A DNA stretch of 64,000 nt from Thecamonas trahens ATCC 50062 (Eukaryota; Protista; Apusomonadida): assembly GCF_000142905.1 (NCBI RefSeq), contig NW_013657672.1, positions 328,244 through 392,243 of the forward strand. Reading direction: 5' to 3'. Each line of letters starts with the position of its first letter. Positions within the stretch are counted from its first letter, which is position 1. The notes below the pieces were generated by a model that was given only the letters and a program-made list of their open reading frames with translations, had not been told where the DNA came from and ran no database searches. Shown in pieces: positions 1 through 9,711 of the stretch. The position numbers and the translations under genes are program-made.

Positions 1-1
1 G

Positions 2-3000
2 CGGGCTCTTCCTCCCGGCACGCCGCGGACCATCGAGCCCGCAGCAAACGTTGGGGGGTGGCCGGCGGCGAAAAGTACATCCACAACGGCATCTTCTACA
101 AGTTTGCGCTCGACGTCCACGGCCTGTACGGCGGCGATGACGGCGTGGCCATGAAGGTTGCCTCGCTTGAGATGACCTTTCTGCTTACTTGCATGGCCGA
201 GGAGGTGCCGGGCATCGCCTTTCCCCTCATGGCAGTCGTCGACTACAAGGGCTTCCGGCTCTCGGCCATGTCGCTTCTGCCCATCTCGGACTCGTCGCTT
301 GTGTACGGCTCGGACGACGGTGGGCAAAGCGTCCACGACGATGTCGATGCGCTGCACGCCCCACTCAACAACCTCGCCAGCCGTCTTAACCTCGCGCCGC
401 ATGTTGTCGGTATGTACGCTGCCTCGGCCGCCACCATCCCGTTCCCCGGCGACCTCGAAGTCCACACTGGCGCCGACGGCCGCTACTACCTCATCGACAC
501 GGCGCGGCTGATGCCGCCGATGCCGCCCAAAGCCTTTCCTGGCGTCCGCGGCTCGTTCCTGTTCAACCTCTTCCGCCCCGAGTTTGTCCGGCACTACTCG
601 GTCCCGCTCTGCTCCGACGCTTACACCAACTGGATTCGCGCCGATCCCGACGCCGCCTCGTATGGCGCCGCTTGCGATGCAGCCTTTGAACACTTGCTCA
701 CCACTACCATCCCGAGCTGTCTCGAGCAGCTCAAGAGCGACGTTGGCATTGCCAACGTCACTCCAAGCATTCTCGCCTTTAATCTCGGCGCCAAAGGCAT
801 CAACATTGCACTTCTCGGCCACGTGCTCTCGGCTCTCGACCTCTCAGTCGCCGATGATTGCGTCCTTGCCAACGCCATTCTCCACGACATGGTCGTCCGG
901 CTGCTCAAGGCACGACTCCGCCGCGTTTGGCGAACGTGTTCGCCTGCGGCGCTTGCCGAGGCGACGGCCGCCTTTGACGCTGTCGTTTCCGGGGCAAACG
1001 CGGACGCGGCCACCACTCTGTGGACCTCGTTGCTGGCCAGCGACATGGCCGCGCGCTGGCCTGGCGATTGGTCTTCGTGGCCCCAGCTTGCCGCCGGCAC
1101 CGATCTCCGCCGCTCTGCTGCAGACGGCAAGGCCGACGGCCTTGGCGTCGATCCTGACGCTGTCTTGCGCGACGTCAAGGCCGCGGTGGGGCTGCGCGAC
1201 GACGGCGCGTTTGAGCCACAAGCTCGCATGATGTCCTACGCCGCCGTCCTGGAAGCCTCGGACGCCTACGACGAGGCGATCGAAGAGATCCGGATTGGCA
1301 ACGTGGCCGGTGCCGACGCGCCCATGGATAAGGCGTCCAAGATGTTCGCCGAAGCCATCGAGTCCCAGCCCAATGCTCGTGGTATCTACCGCACCTGGTC
1401 GCGCGACCTCTTGCGCCTCGCTTTCGAAGCTATGGTCCTCCATCCGGCCGCGGCGGCCAGCTATACCATCCACGCCTGGTCTCGAGCGGCCAAGGTTCTC
1501 GAGCTCGACGACTTTTGCGCGACTGCAGTTGAAGTTGCTGTCGATTTGGCCAATCTTGGCATGATCAAGGCTTGCCTAGCTGCAGTCATTATCCGCGGCG
1601 GGCAGTCGCTTGAGACTGTGGTGGCCGGCATTGCCAAGGATGCCGGCATCAAGCTCGCAAACGGGACGACCATCACCGCCGAAGCGCTTGTCGAGACTGC
1701 TTTCAACCACTTTGCTCGCGCCCGCGAGCTTGGGCCGACCCTCATGACCGTTAAGACCAGCAAGGCAATCTCCCTCCGCCACCTCGCTGAAGCCAGGATG
1801 GTTGCTACGGGTGACCATGCGGCTCACGTTGCCGACCTTCGGCTGGCAGCTCTCGAGCTGGACATGGTTGTCACCGCCGAGCGCGACACGATGGGCACGG
1901 TCGACGCCCTCGCCCTTGCCGGCTCGCTCCACGCTAGCATTGCATCTTCGCTCCAGATGGGCTCGGCTCTAGCGAGCGAGGTCTTGAGCCATGCTCAACG
2001 AGCTCTGGACATCCTGCGCCGCGCTGCCGCCGTCGACGCCGACGCCGAACTCGTCCGGCTCAACTTGGCCAACACCCTCCTGCTGGTGGCCACCGTCTCG
2101 GGTGATGGCTCGCCTGCCACCATTGCAGCGCTGCGCGAGTGCCTCACTGTCTCTCGCGAGGCTGCCCGCCTCTCGGTCAAGAACACGCCGGCGGCACTGG
2201 TCCGCCTCGCCTCGGTCCTCCGCAACACCGCGTCGAGCTTTCCACCTGGCCCCGAGGCGCGCGCTGCCGTTGCTGAGGCGCTGGAACTGCTGCGTCCTCT
2301 CAAGAAGCGCATGCCCGAGTCGGCCGACGTCGCTGCTGAGATGCTCGGATGCCTTGTTGTGGCCGCCTCCCTGTGGACAAACGCCCGACTCAAGGGCGGC
2401 ATCATCGGCACGTGGACCGAGAGTGATCTCCGCGACGCGGCGGCGCACAGCGCAGCGGTCCAGGCTGCGCTAGAAGATCTTGATGCTACACTGGCGTCGG
2501 CTCGTGCGCGTGGCATGTCGCTCACTCCAGGCCTCGACAAGCAGGTCATCTATCTCCGCATCAAGTCCGCCGGTGTGCTGGTCCAGCTTGCACCGCCAGG
2601 CCAAGGGCTGGAGCTTCTCGCCTCGTTTGCGCCTGCTATGGAGGCTATGGCTTCCGAACCGACCCGCATCCGTGTCCATGCGCTGTCGATGATTGTGGGA
2701 GTGGCTTCCGACTGTGTTGTGGGCGGGGTGTCAAGCGGACCTTCAGCCGCTGCCCTCCTTGCCGCCGCCTCGCGTGCCGTTGCCTCGCTCATGAGCGTGC
2801 CGGCCGCCGTCGGGCTTGCCGATGCGCTCGAGGCGTGCTTTGATGGCGAAACAGAGCAGTCTGTGGTTGCGTTTGCAGCTGCACTGGAGAGTTTGCCGTG
2901 CGCGGAGCTTGACACCGAGAACATCAACTGTGCTCATGTTACCGAGAGCATCCGGTTCCTGATTACCGGCGCGTCGGGCGTGATCAAGGCGTCTGATGGC

Positions 3001-4800
3001 ACAGCCGCTGCAGTCGGGACGGCCGCTGTTGGCGGCGTGGTCGACGCTGGCCTGGCGCTGATCGATGCCGCGTGTGAGTTTGCAACGGTGGCGGCAGTCG
3101 GCGCCGGCGGCGCTGCGGCGCTGCAAGTTGTGGGCTCGCGGCTGGCCACCGACTACATGCGAGCCGCAAGCGCCGACCCGAGCGTGGGCGCTGCTGGTGC
3201 GGAGCGGTACACCGAGGCCGGGATTGTGCTGGCCAGCAAGGCTCTGGAGCTAACGCCAGCGGCAGCTACGGCTCTAGCGGCGCGAATTGTGGCAGGACGG
3301 CTGCATGCGCAAGCGCTGGCGGCGGGTGGCAAGGTGGCCGAGGCAATCTCCGCGCGCCAGGCTGCGGTCGACATCGGGAACGCCGGCGTTGCCGCCGCCA
3401 TCACTACCGGCGTACCGGCGTCGAGCGAGCTACTGGCCAACGCAGCTCTCTGCGAGTTTGAGAGCATATCGCAAGGCCCAGGCGGGCTGGGCGGGCCCGG
3501 GCAGCTGCCTGGGCTGGTCCGGGCGGCTGAGCGGCTCGAGGCAGCGATGCGGGCCGACGGCTCGCAGTGGGGCCGAAATGTGAGTGTAGTGGCGACGGCG
3601 GCCACTATTCGGCGAGTTCTTGCCGAGCTCGACCCCGACATGGCTGGCAAGGGCGTGCATCTTGGGGCCGGCCTGGCTTGGGCTGAACGGGCGTTGGATC
3701 TTGACGGCTCGTGTGCGGATGCTGTTGCCGAGCTCGGCCTCCTCGCGCGGATGACCGGTCAGGCGGAGCGGATGCAATCGGCTCTAGCGCAGCTGAGCGC
3801 GTGGGTGGCGGGCAGCGGCGGCGGCGTTCCGCCAGTTCGAGTCGCGCTCGGCATGGCCAAGCTTCGGGTGGCGCTGGCCAAGGCGGTGCCAGCCCAGGGC
3901 AGTGAGATGCTTGCTGCCGCCGATGCCGACTTTGTTAAGGCGCTGCAAGCCTCGGGCGGTGCTAGTGAGTATGCGCTCGCCATCATGATGGGGAGGATCG
4001 AAGTCGCGTTTACGCTCTCGCTCATGACCGGCGAGCCGCAGCACCTGGCAACAACAGCGGCGCTTTTGGATGCCGGACTCGCCTCGTTTGGCGCGGGCAC
4101 ACCCGAGGAGGCCCAGCTGCTGGCAACATGGATCAACGTTGCCGCCAACGGGGTGCTCACGATGCCGGGCGAGGCGGGCAAGTACGCCCAGCTCCTCGCC
4201 AAGCACTCTGCCGCAGTGGTGGAGCGACACTCGAACAACCTCGGCGCGCTCCTCGAGGCGACCGGCAAGTGCCTCGGCATTGCGCAGCGCGCGCCACAGC
4301 TGATGGCAAGCCTGTTTCCGATTGCGGCGGCGGCGGCGGCGGCGGCGGTCAACGTGTCGGGCGGGGAGTCGCTGCAGGCAATGCAGGCGTACGGTGGGTG
4401 CATGTACCAGCAAGCGTTGTCAACACCGGCGCCGTCGTCGGCCGAGCTGTGGCGGTCGGCCATTCCGATCTTCCGCAAGACACTCTCGCTTGTTCCGCAC
4501 CCGCGCGCGGCGGCGACTAATGATGTCGAGCGCCTCTTTACCGCACACATGCAGATCGGCGAGTACGACGAGGCTCTCCCGCTCATTGCCGCGAGCTACC
4601 CCTACGAGCCCAAGTTTGCGTACAACTACGCGTGCTGCCTGGTCGCGGCCGGCGATGTCGAGACGGCGCGGGCTGTGCTTGACGAGGGCGCCCAGCGCGG
4701 GGTCCACCCGCCGCGGGCACACGTTGAGGCCGACAACGACCTCGCGCCGCTTCGGGAAGACGCGAGTTGGTGGGCCAGCTTCCTGGCCAAGCTGTCGTGA
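2..4800 (+). CDS. Clu (CLU-central) domain protein with long Ala-rich TPR-like helical C-terminus; 5' end lies outside the window
   Basis: Clu motifs GGEKYIHNGIFYKFA, FPLMAVVDYKGFRL, LVYGSDDGG, GDLEVHTGADGRYYLIDTARLMPP, LFRPEFV and PLCSDAY. C-terminal TPR cap YNYACCL...EADNDLAPLRED. The upstream frame (2-52) reads LPPGTPRTIEPAANV and joins GGVAGGEK only if the G6 run at 53-58 is G7. Confidence 0.85.
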   Translation, partial: GSSSRHAADHRARSKRWGVAGGEKYIHNGIFYKFALDVHGLYGGDDGVAMKVASLEMTFLLTCMAEEVPGIAFPLMAVVDYKGFRLSAMSLLPISDSSLVYGSDDGGQSVHDDVDALHAPLNNLASRLNLAPHVVGMYAASAATIPFPGDLEVHTGADGRYYLIDTARLMPPMPPKAFPGVRGSFLFNLFRPEFVRHYSVPLCSDAYTNWIRADPDAASYGAACDAAFEHLLTTTIPSCLEQLKSDVGIANVTPSILAFNLGAKGINIALLGHVLSALDLSVADDCVLANAILHDMVVRLLKARLRRVWRTCSPAALAEATAAFDAVVSGANADAATTLWTSLLASDMAARWPGDWSSWPQLAAGTDLRRSAADGKADGLGVDPDAVLRDVKAAVGLRDDGAFEPQARMMSYAAVLEASDAYDEAIEEIRIGNVAGADAPMDKASKMFAEAIESQPNARGIYRTWSRDLLRLAFEAMVLHPAAAASYTIHAWSRAAKVLELDDFCATAVEVAVDLANLGMIKACLAAVIIRGGQSLETVVAGIAKDAGIKLANGTTITAEALVETAFNHFARARELGPTLMTVKTSKAISLRHLAEARMVATGDHAAHVADLRLAALELDMVVTAERDTMGTVDALALAGSLHASIASSLQMGSALASEVLSHAQRALDILRRAAAVDADAELVRLNLANTLLLVATVSGDGSPATIAALRECLTVSREAARLSVKNTPAALVRLASVLRNTASSFPPGPEARAAVAEALELLRPLKKRMPESADVAAEMLGCLVVAASLWTNARLKGGIIGTWTESDLRDAAAHSAAVQAALEDLDATLASARARGMSLTPGLDKQVIYLRIKSAGVLVQLAPPGQGLELLASFAPAMEAMASEPTRIRVHALSMIVGVASDCVVGGVSSGPSAAALLAAASRAVASLMSVPAAVGLADALEACFDGETEQSVVAFAAALESLPCAELDTENINCAHVTESIRFLITGASGVIKASDGTAAAVGTAAVGGVVDAGLALIDAACEFATVAAVGAGGAAALQVVGSRLATDYMRAASADPSVGAAGAERYTEAGIVLASKALELTPAAATALAARIVAGRLHAQALAAGGKVAEAISARQAAVDIGNAGVAAAITTGVPASSELLANAALCEFESISQGPGGLGGPGQLPGLVRAAERLEAAMRADGSQWGRNVSVVATAATIRRVLAELDPDMAGKGVHLGAGLAWAERALDLDGSCADAVAELGLLARMTGQAERMQSALAQLSAWVAGSGGGVPPVRVALGMAKLRVALAKAVPAQGSEMLAAADADFVKALQASGGASEYALAIMMGRIEVAFTLSLMTGEPQHLATTAALLDAGLASFGAGTPEEAQLLATWINVAANGVLTMPGEAGKYAQLLAKHSAAVVERHSNNLGALLEATGKCLGIAQRAPQLMASLFPIAAAAAAAAVNVSGGESLQAMQAYGGCMYQQALSTPAPSSAELWRSAIPIFRKTLSLVPHPRAAATNDVERLFTAHMQIGEYDEALPLIAASYPYEPKFAYNYACCLVAAGDVETARAVLDEGAQRGVHPPRAHVEADNDLAPLREDASWWASFLAKLS

Positions 4801-4826
4801 GGAGCCGTCTCGCCAAAAATAAATCA

Positions 4827-6497
4827 CTACGATGCGCCGTGCGCCGACTCCCACGCGGCCAGCTTGGCCGAGAGTTCGGCTGACGACGATGGGCGGATGG
4901 AGGCGAGGGCGGCACGGGCGTCGTCCATGGTCACGGGCCCAAGCTCGACCTCGAGATCAGCAGCTGCGTCGAAGTCAATGTTGGCCATGAGGCGGCGGAG
5001 TGGACACATGGCAGCCTCCTTGCACACCGAATGGATGTCGGAGCCCGAGTAGCCAGCGGTGGCGGCAGCCAGCTCGACGTAGTCGAGACCCGGGCCACGC
5101 TCGGGCGGCAGGTTGTCGGCAAACATGGTGGCGCGAGCAGCCTCGTTGGGGAGGCCAACAAGGATGCGCTTCTCGATGCGGCGGAGGAGTGCCGGGTCGA
5201 GCTCCCATGGAATGTTGGAGGCGCAGAGGACAAAGACACCCGAGGCGGGCGAGAGGCCGTCCATCTGGATGAGGAGCTCGGTCTTGAGACGGCGCGAGCC
5301 CTCGTGCTCGGCGCCACCGGGGCCCGACGAGCCGCGGCCAGACATGATGGCATCGATCTCGTCGAGAAAGATGGTTGATGGGGCGTGGTACTGCGCCAGC
5401 TCGAACAGGACGCGGACAAGCTTCTCCGAGTCGCCGCGCCACTTGGAGACGATGGACGAGGCCGAGATGTTGAAGAACGTTGTCTTGCACTGGGTGGCAA
5501 CTGCCTTGGCCAGCATGGTCTTGCCAGTTCCTGGTGGGCCAAACAGCAGCAGGCCCTTCCACGGCTTGAGAATACCGGTGAAGAGCTGCGGGAACTTGAG
5601 CGGCATGATCATGGCCTCGCGGAGGACGCGCTTGGCCGACTCGAGGCCGCACACCTCGTCAAAGCTCACGTTAGGATTCTCCAGGAAGATGTCGCGGGTG
5701 ATGACCGAGGCCAGCTCGGCGAGCTCGCTAGTCCATCCGTACACTTCCGTCGGGAGCGGCTTGAGAAGCCGGTTGGCAAAGTACGTATCTGCCGCAGCAG
5801 CAGTGCCCGACTCGGCGGGCAAAGGCTGAGGCGGGAGGGCGGCAGACCGCGACGCCGGCTCGATCTTGCTTGAAGATACCGCGAGTGCGCCGAGTCCCGA
5901 GCCAGAGGCGCGACCACGGCCCTCCCCAGCGGAGGCGTCCGTGTGCGCCCGGCTCGGCGGGCCCGAGGCCGGACGGGCGCCCGACGATCGGGCCGAGGCC
6001 CGGCTTGATGACCGCTGGACTTGCGGGAGGCCAGCGTAGCGGTTGCCGGCGTCGATGACAGCTTTTGCCGCCGCCGACTCCATTCCCTGCGGCGCCGTGT
6101 ATGACCGCGACGCCGACTTGGCCCGCTGACTCTTGGCCTTGCGCGAGGAGAGCCCAGGCCCGCGCGACGAGGTCCGATGAGGGGCCTTTCGCGACGGCAC
6201 CGGGTCGTCGCCCTGCCTGCGGCGGAAGAGCTTGGGCTTGCGCGAGAAGCGCAGCTCGTAGTAGGCTTCGTAATCGGCGATAACGTCGTACAAATCAATG
6301 TTGTCTGCCGGGCAGTAGGCCTCCAGATCGACGCCGGCTTCGGCCTCCAGCGTGGCAGCCGCCTGGGTGTAGCCCTGGTCAGCCAGATAGCCCAGCATGA
6401 GAACGAGGAGGCCCTTGCGCCGGCTCTGCTCGCGCCGGTTCTGCTCCTCACGTGCGGACGACTCGGTCTTGAGCTTGCGGTAGGTGAGCGAGGACAT
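4827..6497 (-). CDS. KATNAL2: Katanin p60 subunit A-like 2 (LisH + AAA ATPase)
   Basis: ATG 6497 (MSSLTYRKLK). LisH-like RRKGLLVLMLGYLADQGY and ADNIDL. Walker A GPPGTGKT, SSIVSKWRGDSEKLVRVLFELA, Walker B IFLDEID, HEGSRRLKTELLIQMDGL. Confidence 0.93.
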   Translation of the reverse strand: MSSLTYRKLKTESSAREEQNRREQSRRKGLLVLMLGYLADQGYTQAAATLEAEAGVDLEAYCPADNIDLYDVIADYEAYYELRFSRKPKLFRRRQGDDPVPSRKAPHRTSSRGPGLSSRKAKSQRAKSASRSYTAPQGMESAAAKAVIDAGNRYAGLPQVQRSSSRASARSSGARPASGPPSRAHTDASAGEGRGRASGSGLGALAVSSSKIEPASRSAALPPQPLPAESGTAAAADTYFANRLLKPLPTEVYGWTSELAELASVITRDIFLENPNVSFDEVCGLESAKRVLREAMIMPLKFPQLFTGILKPWKGLLLFGPPGTGKTMLAKAVATQCKTTFFNISASSIVSKWRGDSEKLVRVLFELAQYHAPSTIFLDEIDAIMSGRGSSGPGGAEHEGSRRLKTELLIQMDGLSPASGVFVLCASNIPWELDPALLRRIEKRILVGLPNEAARATMFADNLPPERGPGLDYVELAAATAGYSGSDIHSVCKEAAMCPLRRLMANIDFDAAADLEVELGPVTMDDARAALASIRPSSSAELSAKLAAWESAHGAS

Positions 6498-6670
6498 GCC
6501 GAAGCGTGTGAGTGAGGTGTGCGTGCCTGTGCCTGTGCCTGTGCCTGTGCGTGAGTGAGTGAGAGTGTGTGCGCTTGTACGTGTGCTGGCGGGCGGCTCG
6601 CTTTTTGGCGCCTCGCCGGCTGCTCTGCCGGTGATGACGGCAAGGTGGTGCGGATCGGGCATGAAGGTCT

Positions 6671-8314
6671 TTAGTCGTAGTCGATGCCGTGGAACATACG
6701 AGTGCGAAGAAGTGGCTCACACTTGCGCGGAATGCCGATGGCGGTTCCGGGCTCGTCGGCGGCGGTGGGGGCCTTCCACCGGAAGCGGCGTCCCTCAAAG
6801 AAGCCGTCACGCTGCCAGTGCATGTACGGCTCCATGCCAACCTCGGCCACATCGTGGTTGGCGGCGAGGTAAAATGCATCGTCAAAGTCGAGCGAGCAGT
6901 CGGCGGCGGCTCTGGCTTCGGCGGCAAAGGCGTCGCGGATCCGCTGCGCGATCCGCTTGTCGTCGACCATGGCGTTGGAGTCGCGGACGTGGACGCCGAG
7001 TTCAGAGTCTGCGGCTACCTCGATAGCAAGCGCGTAGCGCGAGAGAGCGGCGACTGTGTTGTAGCCCGGCGAGAGTTCCTTTTTGGCCTTGACAAACATG
7101 ACTTCGAGCGCATCGAGCGCGCGTCCATCGTACGACGAGTGCAGCGTCGGATTGGCGCCACGGTTGCAGCTGGCCGAGCCAGAGAGATACTGCTCGCGCC
7201 ACGAGAACGAGTGGTCTCTCTCCGAACCAGCGTACTTGAGCATTAGCGAAGAGACGTCGTAGCCGGCGTCATATATGGCCTTGGACGCTCCAATTTCCGA
7301 GTAGAACACAACGTGGGCGAGCTTGGAGTGGCACTCAAAGACCGAGGCCCGTCGCATGGCGGCGAGGCCGGTCACATCGGTGGCGAGCACCATCGACTGG
7401 ACGTGCGGGAGACACCGCGTTTCACTGCCGTGCTTCCCGCCACCAACCAGCGTGTCCGCCACCGATACCAGCGAGCTCCACAGGCTCTCGACCAGCGAGC
7501 GCTCAGCAGTGTCATCGGACGTAGCCGGCGGCGGCCATTCATCGTGCTCGTCCGACACCGCGTAGCACTGGCAGTTGATCGAGGTGCCGACAAGCTTGAC
7601 CGAGCCTGTCACCCGCGAGGTGAGCCAGGAAGTCCACGGCACAGCCGGCACAGCCTCGGTGATGTAGCGTGGGAGGAACGGACCACGGACCGAGGAGTTG
7701 ATGAGCACAAACTTGGTGTACCGCGCCTCGGGCTTCCACTCCTTGGCGGCATCGAGGCCAAAGGCGTATGCGCCAAAGTCATAGCAGCGGTTGTCCTTGG
7801 TGACAAACAGGACGTTGGGTGCGTTGATGGGCCACTCCGAGTCGGGTGCGCCAAGGATGGCGCTAGCACTGCGTTGGCTCGGCCGGATGGTCAAAGAGTC
7901 GAGGGTGTGCTCGCCCGAGATGACGATGACAAAGTCGATGTCGGCCGAGCCGGCCAGCACGCCGTGACGGAGAAAGTACGCCGCATTGTCGCGATATCCC
8001 AGATCGATGTTCTCGTAATAGGCATAGACAACAAGTGTTCTCTCAGTAGTCGTGCCTGTTGTCTGATGGCCTGTCCTCTGCCCGCCTGTCTCTCCCTGCT
8101 CTCGTCCGTGTCTTTGGCTTCCCTCGCCGCGCCCACTGCCTTCCACCCGCGGGGCCGTCAGCGGCTCGCGAAGGATGGCGGCGTGTAGCTGAGCCACATA
8201 CCCCGCATACATCAGGTTGGCGGCTGTGAGAGCAAGGACCAGTACCCACGCCTGCTTGATAGTCATCCTGTCTACGTCCAGTCTCGAGAGAGCAGTGTCC
8301 AGCAGCCCTGCCAC
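6671..8314 (-). CDS. Type II membrane putative glycosyltransferase (RgpF/rhamnan-synthesis-like) with C-terminal FDxxFYLxxNxDV...HW...GxxEGR module
   Basis: N-terminal TM (AWVLVLALTAANLMYAGYVA). Motifs NRCYDFGAY, FVLINSSVRGPFLPRY, KLVGTSINC, PHVQSMVLATD, EIGASKAI. Start uncertain: ORF start is GTG, first ATG is at MTIKQ, and a gap lies upstream. Confidence 0.65.
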   Translation of the reverse strand: MAGLLDTALSRLDVDRMTIKQAWVLVLALTAANLMYAGYVAQLHAAILREPLTAPRVEGSGRGEGSQRHGREQGETGGQRTGHQTTGTTTERTLVVYAYYENIDLGYRDNAAYFLRHGVLAGSADIDFVIVISGEHTLDSLTIRPSQRSASAILGAPDSEWPINAPNVLFVTKDNRCYDFGAYAFGLDAAKEWKPEARYTKFVLINSSVRGPFLPRYITEAVPAVPWTSWLTSRVTGSVKLVGTSINCQCYAVSDEHDEWPPPATSDDTAERSLVESLWSSLVSVADTLVGGGKHGSETRCLPHVQSMVLATDVTGLAAMRRASVFECHSKLAHVVFYSEIGASKAIYDAGYDVSSLMLKYAGSERDHSFSWREQYLSGSASCNRGANPTLHSSYDGRALDALEVMFVKAKKELSPGYNTVAALSRYALAIEVAADSELGVHVRDSNAMVDDKRIAQRIRDAFAAEARAAADCSLDFDDAFYLAANHDVAEVGMEPYMHWQRDGFFEGRRFRWKAPTAADEPGTAIGIPRKCEPLLRTRMFHGIDYD

Positions 8315-8421
8315 CCTGCTCGACCACGGTCACCGGCAGTGGCAGCATGCCTGACCACCAGATCGCCCTCACCCTCCCGACTTCCTCCTCCCCTCCCGCC
8401 CCCCCCCCCCCCCCCTTAGCT

Positions 8422-8843
8422 NNNNNNNNNNNNNNNNNNNNNNNNNNNNNNNNNNNNNNNNNNNNNNNNNNNNNNNNNNNNNNNNNNNNNNNNNNNNNNN
8501 NNNNNNNNNNNNNNNNNNNNNNNNNNNNNNNNNNNNNNNNNNNNNNNNNNNNNNNNNNNNNNNNNNNNNNNNNNNNNNNNNNNNNNNNNNNNNNNNNNNN
8601 NNNNNNNNNNNNNNNNNNNNNNNNNNNNNNNNNNNNNNNNNNNNNNNNNNNNNNNNNNNNNNNNNNNNNNNNNNNNNNNNNNNNNNNNNNNNNNNNNNNN
8701 NNNNNNNNNNNNNNNNNNNNNNNNNNNNNNNNNNNNNNNNNNNNNNNNNNNNNNNNNNNNNNNNNNNNNNNNNNNNNNNNNNNNNNNNNNNNNNNNNNNN
8801 NNNNNNNNNNNNNNNNNNNNNNNNNNNNNNNNNNNNNNNNNNN
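8422..8843. other. Assembly gap (others at 24170-24329, 46196-46326, 55856-55955, 59576-59675)
   Basis: N runs, each next to poly-C/poly-G or other C/G-rich low-complexity sequence. Confidence 0.99.
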
Positions 8844-8942
8844 CCCCCTCCCCCTCCCCTTCCCCCTCCCCCAACTCAGCATCTTCCCTCCCCCACCCCC
8901 CGCTGACACCCGCCACCCACTCAACTCTACTCATCGCTAGCT

Positions 8943-9687
8943 ATGGCCGACGAACGCCCTGTCATTGCCATTGACCCACTGCAGATCCCTGTGGTCGACT
9001 CTGGCGAATCTTACGTACGCTTGCTTGCCTTGTCAAGTTGGCCATGCCCTCCCCCGCCCGCGCACGTCGGGGGATCCGCTGCTGCTGACGCGTCGCCACG
9101 CCGAGGCGATGATGGATGAGCGGAGAGGATGGGGTGGATGGGGTGGACGTGAGAGTGGAGGGACTCACGATGAGAGGAGATGACAGTCGGATGACGGCAG
9201 CTCGGAGGCATCGTCGAGCAACCCATTCCCGGACTCGGACTCGGGATCTGACTCGGGCTCCGAGTGGGAGGACCAGTCGTCGTCCGAGGCCCAGGGCGCG
9301 GGATCGGACGGATCGGAGGCCGGTGAGGGATCGGAGACGGATGCCATTCCGGGCGAGTGCCCTGTGTGCGCGTACATGCGGGCAGGGCCCTGTGGTGTCG
9401 AGTACTCGGCCTTTGACAAGGTGTGCGTCAAGCGCGAAACTGAGGACATGCCCGATGAGTGCCAGGAGCACTTTCTGGCCATGCGGGAGTGCTTTGTCCA
9501 GCACAACGAGTACTACGGCTTTGTTCTCGACATGTTTGAGACTGCACTGAACAAGGACGAGGACGAGGGCGAGGGCGAGGCCAGCGATGAGGCCCAGGGC
9601 GAGGGCGAGAGCGAGGCGGCGGCCGAGACCGCGGCCGAGACCGAGACCGAGACCGCTGCTGAGGAGGTTGGTGATGATGACATCTAG
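8943..9687 (+). CDS. GCK-domain / twin-Cys (Mia40-like) acidic protein, 2 exons
   Basis: Exons 8943-9014 and 9187-9687, phase-0 intron GTACGC...ACTCAC...GACAG. Motif ECPVCAYMRAGPCGVEYSAFDKVCV...ECQEHFLAMRECFVQHNEYY. Confidence 0.75.
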
Positions 9688-9711
9688 ATCTGTTTATCGT
9701 AATCTTTATCT

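Noticed and set aside
8043-8940. ORFs spanning N runs (also near 24170, 46196, 55856 and 59576)
   Set aside because: Artefacts of translating through assembly gaps.
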